Below, piece by piece: positions 1 to 12,300 of a DNA stretch of 64,000 nt. The stretch comes from Octopus sinensis (lineage: Eukaryota), in the NCBI RefSeq assembly GCF_006345805.1, contig NC_042998.1, positions 169,756,001 through 169,820,000 of the forward strand. Reading direction: 5' to 3'. A program made the position numbers and the translations under genes. Under the pieces are notes generated by a model. That model was not told the DNA's origin and did no database searches. It was given only the letters and a program-made list of their open reading frames with translations. Position 1 is the stretch's first letter. The number at the start of each line of letters is the position of its first letter.

Positions 1-299
1 AGCAAACTCTTTACAAGAAGGTGAAGAATTGAACATTAGTTTTATGAAATGAAGCTTAATGTACAGTTTAAAGATGTGCAGGTTAGTAAATTGTGTAAAT
101 ACATTGGAAAATCCAAACTTTTGTAGACCACTGATCCTCAAATTGAAAGATAACATAATAAAATATAATGATAAACATTATATATTTACTATTTAGAATA
201 GAAAATATCTGAATATTATTTATGGAAATACAATTAACATTTTAGAAAATTTCTGTTCTTGGTTTTGCTTCTAAAGAAACTTACTTTTTTTTTATGTAG

Positions 300-356
300 A
301 TCAATGTTTTAACCAGTGAATTGTTTACTTCTGAATGGATGGAGAAAAGTTCCAAT
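300..356 (+). CDS. EFL1: EFL1 exon ([19 protein letters not shown])
   Basis: tttatgtag|...|gtaagt; phase 0/0; resembles vertebrate INALTGTLFTS. Confidence 0.85.
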
Positions 357-3300
357 GTAAGTAATTTTTATAAACTTTAAGAATGTGTTTTTATTTTGAA
401 ATTAGCATTTAAGATTGTCTTCAATATTAGTTCAGTTTATTTTTGATATATATTTATTTTATGAAGTATCATATTTTAGAAAATGTTTTCAAAATAGTTT
501 TGACACATAATCTCAGATCAAATAACTTGCTTGGCAAGTATACCTCTGAAATTTTCTAAATTGGTTTCTAGATATCAGCCATTGATGCTTTAATGAAATC
601 ATTATACAAATGTTACCATCCCTCTGCAATATAACATAGCCTTCTGTTATTACCGTAGGTAAAATGTCGATAAGTATCCATGATACACTCCAATTGCATA
701 TTAGAGTATATGCTGCATGTTGAGTGTGAATCCCAGATTAATCTACCTAACTGTAACTAATTAGAGTTAATCATCAGCAGCATGTGCTTTTAGTATTAGT
801 AAATGTGAATTTCTTTAACTTGTAATGCTGTTCAAATTCTATCATATGTTTAGCTTACACAGAGATGGAATTATTAATGAAGCTTCAATAACAAATTAAT
901 TACAAAATATTGATCTGTTTTTCTTGAACAGAATAACTGTAATTCATTGGTTTCCAATCTTTTCACTACTAAGAACCCCTTTTATTTAACCCTTTACCGT
1001 TCAAACCAGCCATATCCAGCCCAAACTGTTTTAATGTTCAAACTGGCTTGATCTGGACTTCTCACAGCTTCCCCATAATGTCATAAATATTAACTTTTTT
1101 TTTAATGGATTGGCTTTAAATAAAAGTTAGGAAAATTTTCTGAAAACAAGAAAAGAAAATAACTTCTACCATATTTTAAAATTTTGTAGATGCCACTTAA
1201 TGCAAGTGAAGACTCGGAGGTAAATATAATACTTTCAAAATTTTCCATTTTTAGGTGTAGGGTTGAAGTATATCTGCAAATAAGGGGAAAAGTATTTCAA
1301 ATATTTAAATGAAGCCAAAGAAATACATAAGCTAAAAGTAAAGGATATGATGGTTAGTTGGCAGAAAAAGTAGGTATTGGATAAAATACCTTGTAGTGCA
1401 TGTTTTTACATTCTGAGTTGAAATTCCACCTAGATCTATTTACCATTTATCCTTCCATGGCTGATAAAATTAGTACTGAGCCTGATGCAATGAGGCATTG
1501 CCAGCTTGGTCACAGTTCAGTGACTGGATTCAATAAAAGTATGAAATCTATGTGAGTGCTATAGTCAATTCAATTTATTATTAATACTTAATTAAATAGG
1601 GTTTCAGGTGGAGGGAAAATAAATCAGTCTTTGCAGGATTTGAACTTGGTGTAAGAGGAGGTATTAGACACCACAAAACATTTTGTCATCACTCTACTAC
1701 AATGTAATTTCTTGTAGTATTATTTTTAAAAATCTAAGTTTTACAGATGAAAGGCCTAAAATTGTATCAAGGTAATACTGATTTTAATGGTTTCTAACCA
1801 TTGATCTAACTACTCTGTAAAGATGTTGGCAAACAAGCTGAGATAACTTAGTCGAGTGGACCCTTTTAGTGTTGCTGAGAACATGGTAACCTCTTTAGTG
1901 CTGGTACAATGATAAAATGTACCCAATGCTTCAGTAAAGTAGTGGCTCTAAGAATGGGGTTGAAACTAAGCCAAAAATGATATTGTACAAATGACATGAA
2001 GTCCTCTGACCCATTTAAGAGGTTAGTGACTCTAAATATGAAATTACTTGGATCCAACCTAAACCGGCATAAAAAGATGTAAAATAATGGTTTCAATTTT
2101 TGGCACAGAGGTAGAATTGTAGAAGTGGGGGTAGTCAATACCACTGACCTTAGTACGTCCCCGGTATTTAATTTTATCAACCCCCATAAGGAGGAAAAGC
2201 AAAGTTGACCTTGGTGGGATTTGAACTCAGAACATAAAGAGATGGAAGAAATTAAACTAAGCATTTTATCCTTAAGCTGATGTAAAACAATGTTAGCTGC
2301 AGCAATGGCAATTTTCATTTGACTGCAAAAACTACTTGGTTGTCACATATTTCATTTTTTAAATTTTTGAATACATTATATACATTATAGAGTTGGTCAG
2401 CTGACTTGAACATGATATTAGAGGAAGAAGGTGATGACTCCAACATCTACTTTTCCCCAGACCAAGGCAATGTGATATTTGCTAGTGCCTTGGATGGCTG
2501 GGGTTTCAGGTAAGTTTTCTCAACATTCATTCATAGAATTTCAAAAAGTATGATTTACCTTACAGTCAACTTGTGACTGAACTGGTTACAACACCCAAGG
2601 TACCTTGTTTGTGTGGCACCTTAACCACCTAAGGGAGGCTGCAACTGAGTGGTTTCCAGGAGCTATGATCTGGATGCAGCCCAGTCCCTTTAAAGTGTTA
2701 AAGGCTGAAACACTTGCATGAGGGTGGGGGACGACTTCTCTGAAGAATTCTGCTGTTCAGCTCTCCTTAGAGTTTCTTACTATCTCTCTCATTGAAAAAA
2801 AAAACAACCCAATACAAAGTATCTGCATATAAATATGTATGGCTGTTAAATTTATTATGATTGTTTTTTGTCTTTTTTCTCTAGCATCAGTCACTTTGTT
2901 GATATGTATTCAGAAAAGCTAGGTATCAGTACTGCAGTTCTAAACAAGACACTGTGGGGAGACTATTATCTTAATTCAAAAGCCAAAAGAATAATGAAAG
3001 GCGCACAAGTGAGTGTTTTCTTTTTCATTCCTTCTTTTTTATTCTTATAAGTATTTTTATCCCAAATTGGAATGGTAGAATTTCAATGTCTACTTATTGA
3101 GTGAGAATAATGGAAAGTGATTGTTGTTCAGGCTGTATCTGGCCCAAATGATCTACCTTGTTTTATGTTCAAACTGGCCAGATCCAGTCTCTCACACCTA
3201 TCCTGCAATGTCATTCTAAAAATAAACAATCACATCTAAATCTCAAAGCTATGAGATAATGTATTATTAATTCAAAACAATATGAATGAATAAGCATTAC

Positions 3301-6300
3301 ATTTGACAGATAAATTTAAATGCTAAAGGGTTAATCCAAGATTACCTCTGATCAAACAAACTTGTTGGCGAAGAGCATTTCAGTCATGAACTACATCATC
3401 TGATGTGTTCTTTCCTTAATTATTTTGGTAAGCGATGATCTGAGGGTCATCTGGTTGTTATTTCATGCAGGCTGAGCAATGGTTAGAGCAGTCATGGGCA
3501 AACTGCAGCCTGTGGGACTGTGTGAATGGCATGCCAAATGAAAGATTACTGTGAATAAATTTTTAGTAATGCAGCTTCCCTGATGATAAGATGTCTCATG
3601 CAGCCTACCACATGATGCCTGATGTAGAGGCTCTTTTGTTGGCTCAGAGCGGAATGGTTGACACGATTTATTTAGGTTGAATTATTTAACGCTATTTATC
3701 AGGAAAAATAATCAAATGATATCTATTGATCTGTTGACAAGGTCTTAATTAAGAGTGCAGTTTCCAAAGAATTGGAGCTTTTGAATCCTGAGAAAAGACA
3801 ACATTCAAAAGTGATCCACAAGTTGGGAAATAATTTTTTAATATCATAGATTCCTATTTTGGCTTTTTTTTTTTTTTAAATATGATTTTATATGAGTTGT
3901 TGGTTTGGTAAAAATTTATAAAAATGTGTTTTTTTTCTTCAGGCTAAAAATAAAAAACCCTTATTTGTTCAGTTTGTCCTCGATAACATCTGGGCTGTGT
4001 ATCAAGCTGTAATGATTAAAAAGTAAGTTTTCCCTGTGAATAAATCACATAATATTTTTCATGCTTAGTGAAGCAATTACAATTACTCTGACAATGAAAG
4101 TGTTTCAATGAACTTTCACAAGTGATATGTTTAGAGCAGCTTGGGTGGAGGTAATATCAACTCATGTGCTAATGAATGTAGTTTAGTTAACAGTTTACTA
4201 TTGCTTTTAATTTTTATATTCTATTTATAAGTCATTCTGTTGAACTATGTATATATCGTAATCACTTCATTGTAATTAATATTAGATAAAGTAACATAGG
4301 CGAGCTGGTAGAATTGTTAGCATACCAGGCAAAATGCTTAGCGGCATTTCGTTTGTCTTTACTTTCTGAGTTCAAATTCCACTGAGGTCAGCTTTGCATT
4401 TCATCTTTTAGGGGGTCGATAAAATAAGTACCAGTTGAACACTGGAGTCAGTGTAATTGGTTTACTTCTTTCCCAAAATTGTTGGCCTTGTGCCAGAATT
4501 TGAAATCAATATTAAGATAAAATATCCTGCACTAATTCACACTTCGTGCAAATTTCCAGAGATGCATAACTCATCATTTAACATCCATTTTCCATGCTGG
4601 CAAAGGTTGGATGGTTTGACAGGAGCTGGCAAGCCAAACAACTGCAATAGTCTCTAATATCTGCTTTAGCATGGTTTCTATGGCTGGATGGCCTTCCTAA
4701 TGCCAACCACTTTACAGTGTGTATTGGGTGCTTTTTATGCAGCTATTAGCATGAACAAAATGATGTACAAATGTATAAGTGTTTCTTAAATAAAATTCCA
4801 TATTCCTAAAAGAGAAAGATTTTCATATTCAAGTGTCTTTCTTGAAGTTTAACACATTTTCGAAGTTTTGGCTACCATTATTATCATTGGGCTATCTGAT
4901 ACAAAAATTCTTTATCTTTGTTATTAATTTCTTCTAACTCCTAAAATTTAAATTCATTAGACTCAGTTGGTAGCCATACTGTTGAAAAGAATGACAAATT
5001 TTGATCAGCTTAGTTATTTAACTACTTATTTAGTTATTATTAATATTCTCCCAGCTCTTTTATAATAAAGCATTTAGCTGGAAAATTTGGGGTGCAATAT
5101 CATTATTAAAATCTTAATTTTTTTTTGTAATCTTCAGGCATTCAATTAAATACCGAAGTATATTTTATCTATTTTTTCTCTTCAGAGACAAAGAAATGAT
5201 TGCAAAGATTGTAAATTCATTAAATCTGAAAATTTCTGCAAGAGACTCTCGGTCTGATCCTAAAGTTCATATTCAAGCTATTTGCAGTCAATGGCTCCCT
5301 CTTTCAAATGCAGTTCTTTGTAAGCTCTTAATCACTTCATTCTTTACCTCTTTTTGAATCTGTTATATGTTGCTTCAGTGTTATGAGTTTTGTCTTCTTG
5401 GATTCAGACAGCAGAATAACAAAAAATAAATAGATTTCAAAATGAAATTTCTATAAACTACTGTTTGTGATTCTAAAATTGCTTTATATAAACAGAATAA
5501 CTAGATTATCATTTTATAAATATTGGGTCATCCCATAAATAATGCTGTTTTTTCAATTGCATGAACTAAAAGTCGGAGAGTGACAGGATAAACCACCTAC
5601 ATCAACTTGCTATAAAAGCAGGTAGTAATTTTACTTTGACCTTACTCTTAGTGCAAGTTTTGTAGAATGCAGTTCAATTTTTAACAGTTGTTTTTTCAAA
5701 GCTATAATGGAAGTGACAAAGGAGCATATTCAACATATTTTGCTTTATGAGTTCAACAAAGGCAACAACGCAATGGAAAGTGCTAGGAAAATTAATGCAG
5801 TATATGGGGATCAGACAATAAGCGTAAGCCAATGTCAATGGTGGTTCAAGAAATTCCATGCCAGAAACTACAGCTTAGAAGGCGGGCCTTGTCCTGGAAG
5901 ATCTGTAGAGTTCAATGTGGATGTCCTGCAAACCCTATTGGAACAAAATCCCATCGTAACTATTGAGGTACTAGTAGAGAAGCTTGGATTTGGTCATTCA
6001 ACCATTCATTGACACCTGTGTGCCATCAGAAAAGTTAGCAAATTGGGTCAATGGGTTCCTCACAAACTTTCTGAGACTAACTGCATGCAGAGAGTGAATG
6101 TGTGCTCTTCTTTGCTGTCACGTCTCACAAATGAAGTTTTTTGGAACCAAATAATGACTTGTAACAAGAAATGGGGTCTCTATAAAAATTTCAAGTGCTG
6201 AAGACAGTTGGTAGGGAAAGGAGAAACACTGGCATTCTAGGCTAAAAAAGATCTTCACCCACATAAGGTGGTGTTATCTGTTTGGTGGGATATGAAAAGT

Positions 6301-9300
6301 TTAGTCCATTTTGAACTTTTAAACCCAAACCAAATGATAACAAAGGAGATTTACTCTTAGCATCTTGAGTGGCTTAAGTCAGCACTAGAAGGAAAACAAC
6401 CATCTTTGGTTTCAAGACGATAGGTGTTCTTCCATCAGGATTATGCTTGACCACATACAGTGAGGATGACATTCCAAAGGCTGGAGAATTTTGAATGGGA
6501 AACGATGCCCCACCCACCAATTTGCCAGACATTGCTCCATCTGATTATCATTTATTCTGCTGTCTTCAAAATTATTTGGACAGAAAAAATATGAATTCTC
6601 TAGACAAGGTCAGAACAGTACTGGAGGAGTATTTTTCATTAGGGACAAGTGAATTTTGGAAGAGGGGCCTTGCAAGTGTACCAGATAGATGGAAGAGCAT
6701 TGTAGAAAATGAAGGAGAGTATATTTTAGATTGAAAAAGAACTCTATCTTAATTTTGAAAAATAAAAGATTTGTAAAAAAAACTGCATTATTTATGGGAT
6801 GACCCAGTATTTTCACAAAATTTCTATAGACTGTAACAAAGGGAACTCTGCTTCGTGTTTGGTCAAAAAGAAGCAGCAGATCTCCTCTATGAAACAAAGA
6901 TTTGCTGCTGCATTTTGATCAGGTTTTTTTTTTTTTTAACAAATTGGACAGGTTGTTTATTAACCCTTTCGTTACCAAACCGCCCAAAGCCGCCCGAACA
7001 AAATTTTGGTTTATGAAACCAAACCGCCCAAAGCCGCCCGAATTTACCTATTCATATTTAAATGAGAATATCAGAGCAAATCTCTTCAGTACATTCGTGA
7101 AAACACGTATTATACTTCGTAAACAGTTCGACTACAGTTTTGTACAATAATCGAAGTGTAATTTTAATTCCGTGAATTTTGGGAGATTTTTTTCCGAAAT
7201 TTGTTCCTATTGTGTTTTCAAAATTTGTAATTCTGACAAAAAATGGATACGAATTTCATTATATCAAGCAGCGAGTCAGAATTCGAAGGATTTTCTACTG
7301 AAGACCTTCATAAATCTAACTCTATGACTGAAAAAAAAAAGCATGTGGTATTTGGTAATGAATCTGATGTTTCATTTTCCGAAAGTGAAAACAGTGAATC
7401 TGAGATCTCTGATAGCGATAAAGAAAACGAATTGGCACCTGAATGGAGTGAAAATTTAAAAACTGTTTCTTTCGGTGATTTTTCTGAAGAAACTGGACCA
7501 AGCCACAGACTTTCCCAGGAGAGTAAAGCCTTAGACTATTTCTTTTTACTTTTTCGAATGAGCCTATTTGAAATCATTACAGTGGAGACGGACCGTTACG
7601 CTAAACGTAAACAAAGCAAAAGGAACGATAGTTTGTGGTTTCCCTCAACCTTAAATGAAATTAAGACTATTTTGCCGTAAATATTATTATGGGTATCAGA
7701 AAGTTACCCAGAATAACAAATTCTATCGTAAAATTTTGTTATATACCCAATTGAATATTAGCTAATAACCCATTTTCTATAGCGATGTTTGAACAAAATT
7801 TTAATAATTTTATATTTTGTGGAATTTACCTGTATCTACCTGCAATTAGTCACTTTGTGACAAAAATTATAGTATAGAATTGGTTGAGAATATTTCATTA
7901 AATTATCTTCCAAAAATCAGATTGATATATCGATAAATAAAAAAGTTATAGTTGTTTAATGAAACCAGACTAAATTTATGATTACGTTAGAAATTAATTG
8001 AAACACATAAGGGGTGTAATTTAGTCAGAAATATAGTAACGAAAGGGTTAAGATAAATAATACAATATTTGGAAAGTTGGTCAGAAGTTAGTTTTTGACT
8101 AGAACATGGGCAAGCAAGTTTCTCCACAGGAAGATGGTTGTCAATATGAAGAAATGCATGTAATGTTTTACGTAGGAGTTGTAGAGAGAAAGCAAAATTT
8201 TGTTTTTATTATAGAGAAATTGGGGAACATTTTTGTTATGCAGTGTTGGTCAAGACAAAGCATTAGTGTTAGTGGATTTGTTTACTGTGATAATTTGTGT
8301 GGAACATGCTATGCAACTCTATCTGCTATGGTGTATGGACATATTGGCATATCATCATCATCATTTAACGTCCGCTTTCCATGCTAGCATGGGTTGGACG
8401 GTTCAACTGGGGACTGGGGAGCCCGAAGGCTGCACCAGGCCAGTCAGATCTGGCAGTGTTTCTACAGCTGGATGCCCTTCCTAACGCCAACCACTCCGAG
8501 AGTGTAGTGGGTGATTTTATGTGCCACCGACACAGGTGCCAGACGAGGCTGGCGAACGGCCACGCTCGGATGGTGTTTTTATGTGCCACCGACACAGGTG
8601 CCAGACGAAGCTGGCGAACGGCCACGCTCGGATGGTGTTTTTATGTGCCACCGACACAGGTGCCAGACAAGGCTAGCAGACGACCACGCTCGGATGGTGT
8701 TTTTATGTGCCACCGACACCGACGATGGTATGAATACATTGTGTGGAGAATTTGATAGTGCATATTGCGTTTGGAAAGGTTTAACAACAGAACTCTGTGA
8801 AAGAGGTCAGAAATATTGAAACTTTCTGATTATTAATAGTAACAATAATATTAACAGGGAAGGAAATGTAAAGTTCCAATCGGTTCAACATGCATCATCA
8901 TTTAGATATATGACACGACACATTAACCAGACAGACAACCACTTTGTTACAAGATGCCATTCTATTTTCTTGGGACTTGGTTCCAAAATGAAATAACACC
9001 TATATTGCTACTGTAATGAAAAGGAAAGATGCATTTGATGCTAGCTGCTTATTTCTGGTGATAGATTACTATTTATCATCATCATCATCGTTTAACACCT
9101 GTTTTCCATGCTGGTTGGACGGTTTGACCAGAGCTGGCAAGGCCAGGGGCTACACTAGACTCTATTGTCTGTTTTGGCATGGGTTCTACAGCTGGATGCC
9201 CTTCCTTGCTCCAACCACTCCACAGAGTGTACTGGTTATTTTTTATGTGGCACCAGTGCTTTTAACGAGGTAGCAGCACATTGTCAATTGATAGTTTCTC

Positions 9301-12300
9301 CTAAGTTTTACTAATTTATGTAAATTCAAGTGCTTGAACTAGTTTTGTATACTGTTGATTGCTAGACAATTCTCTCTGCAGCTCCATGACGCTTGGGATA
9401 GAGGAGTTTATATTAATAATTTAGTAGACACTTATTAGTAAGATTATCATCATAGCTATTATTACTACGTTAAAAATTTCCTTTTGTATGACTTCAAACA
9501 TTATTTGTTATAATTTTACTTTAGTCTTACCATACTTTAGTCTTACCAGAACAACCTTTAGTCTTACCAGAACAACCTTTCTCTATTTCATATAAAGTCT
9601 ATAAATATTGCTTTGAGAAATAGCATGCACAAAAACAAACAAACCAAAAAGGAAATATATTTTTTAACATGGAACCTTTTTTTTAATGTCTTGATGTTTA
9701 TATTTTCTTTTTGTAGCAATGGTAGCAAAGAAAATCCCTGCTCCAACAAATATGTCAAAAGCTCGCATTGAGAAACTCATGTCCAGCAACTCCCGTGGTT
9801 TTGAATCACTTCCACAGAAGAGCCAAGATTTAAGAAATGGTATGAGATTTTATCATCATTCTTTCTTGTTTCATTTAATTATTCTTTTACTAAATAAGGA
9901 ATCATGGAATGTTACTTAACTATTCTATTATTCTCACCTGCCTTGTCAGGAGGTTGTCTATTTGGTGTTTTTCTTTTACTAATTACCCATATATTCTGTA
10001 CAGTCAAGTTTGTCATCCATTTATGGCATAAGCAGAGAGACTTTAAGCCCTGCCATTGAATAAATCATCACAATTATCCTTAGTTGTTCAAGGCACTAGA
10101 TGGTGCCAAAGCTTTTGATTTTGGTATTATGTAGTGCCTTACAAGCATTATGAATGGTCTAGAGGTCTTTCAAAATTCATCTAATTTTGAAAATGTAATT
10201 GAAATTTTTCTGTTCTGCCTCTGAGCTATAACAACTTTATTTAAAAGGTAATGGAACTTAGAGTGATAGAAAATACACTTCAGTAACACTGGTCAAAATG
10301 TGGTATAAAATGGGACCTGAATAAAAGGTATTGAAATTTTTCTAGAAAAACGACTGCGGCTCTTGCAATGTGGGCTTCTTGAATTTATTTCAAGTAAAAC
10401 CATACTTTTGATGGTTGATTGCTTTTGAGGACTCGTAGCTGCTGGTGCCACATAAAATGCATCCATGCCAGGGCTGTGTAAAAGCACTCTAAAGTGATTG
10501 GTGTTAGGAAGGGCATCCAGCCATGGAAACCATGCCAAAACAGACATGGGCAGCTCTTCAGCTTGCCAGTTCCTGTCAAACTGTTCAACCATTGCCAGCA
10601 TGGAAAACAGACGTTAAATGATGATGATGATTTTACTGACATTTCCTTGTTAATTGGCTAGGACAGAACTAGTTCTGAAACTAAGATATTGGAATAGAAG
10701 AATAATCATTCCCTAACAAAATAATATTGCTTCTTATTGGGTCCATTGTGATAGTGCACTGTTGTCATTTTTCTTTTCTGTATGAGTTAACTCTTTTCTC
10801 TTTGTGTTTTGTAATATTTTGTAATATTTACTCTGTTCCATATTTATTAGATTTTCTGGCTTGCAGTTCATCAGAAGATGCTCCAGTAATTATATTTGTT
10901 TCAAAAATGGTAGCAATTGAAAGAAAATCACTTCCTCAGCATAAAGCAAGGTACTTATATTTTGGAATCTGGAAATATTTGTGTCAGTTTTACTATATTA
11001 AATGTTCTGAAAATGAAAATGCTTCTAATATTTGGAGCATATCAGTAACATGAGCTGAAGAGAATTACAATACATGAATAGAAGACCGTTTAGAATAAAT
11101 CTGCATGAGATAATCTAAGACTTATAGAAAAGCATTTAGAATATAGTTACTTTGGCACAAGCTCACGTATTTGTTACAAAAGATTGTAGTCATTTGTATT
11201 TTCTCTAGTACATTACTGATACCTTATTTTATCAACTCAGGTGGGGATGAAATGTAAGGGATCATAAGAATATCAGTTTGGTTACTTACTAGTTCTGCAA
11301 TTCCTCCTTAATCCTTTGGAATAAAGTAACACTTCTACCTTTTCTCCCTATTAATTCCCACATACAAAAAATGTGAAAATACACTAAATGTCAGTGATAG
11401 TTGCAATATCTGCCTATTTTTAATTGTAAGGAAGAAAAATGAGCCCCTCAACCGTTGTTGTTTTTTTTTTTACTCCTACAATATATTTATTGGTGCAGTT
11501 TAAATATGTTGACTCTGTGACATTTGCTGTATATTTTACAGGCCTTTGACTGAAGCTGATATGCAAGAGAAAAGAAGAATTGCTTTACAAAAGAGGGCAG
11601 AAAGGTTAGCTGCAAAAGCCACAGAAAATACTGAGAATGCAGAAGACAAGCAAAAATCCAAAGAAAATTTACGTAAGTCAGTTTGATGGCATTTATTTTA
11701 TTTTAAAGAAACTTCAGTTTAATCCATTAAGTACTTTATTGGGTCAATTTCACATTGCAGTTAAAATTTTATGTTCAATTTAAAAAAAGTGAGCATTGGA
11801 ATTAAAAGAAAAACATTGTCGTCATCATTTTTAACATCTTTTACATGCTTGCATGAGTTGGATGGAATTTGGTGAGCCAGATGTTCTTCCTGTCATCATC
11901 ATGTTTCCTAGTAAGATAATATTACCCTGTGATTATGGTGGCAAGCTGGCAGGATCGTTAGCACACTGGGCAAAATGCTTAGTGGTATTTCGTCTGCCTT
12001 CACATTCTGAGTTCAAATTCTGTTGTGGTCGACTTTGCTTTTCATCCTATTGGGGGTCAATAAAATAAGTAGAGGGGGTGGGGGAGGTGTAATTGACCTC
12101 CCCACTCCCCTAAAATTGCTGGCCTGGCATAAAAGTTTGAAATCAGCATTTCCCTGTGATTACATGAGTTTTCATGAATGTTTGGAAACGAAGGACATGG
12201 CTTGCATGGCAGGGAACTCATTTGCAATTATCATGCGATATTAAGGCAAAGACACAGTCAATAACATGCATATATATACACACACACACACGATGGAGTT

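Noticed and set aside
1866-2318. 150-aa minus-strand ORF
   Set aside because: Overlaps a SINE B copy and intronic AT-rich sequence; no recognisable domain.
2660-2720. Hairpin followed by GAAAC
   Set aside because: The core is too degenerate (CTGGATGC) and there is no GUH site.
8516-8719. Regular 62-bp repeats resembling a CRISPR array
   Set aside because: Contiguous tandem units without unique spacers, inside an RTE 3' UTR in a eukaryotic intron; no cas genes.
10850-10875. Antisense CTGATGA...GAAA in an EFL1 exon
   Set aside because: No stem II or III pairing; coincidence of coding sequence.
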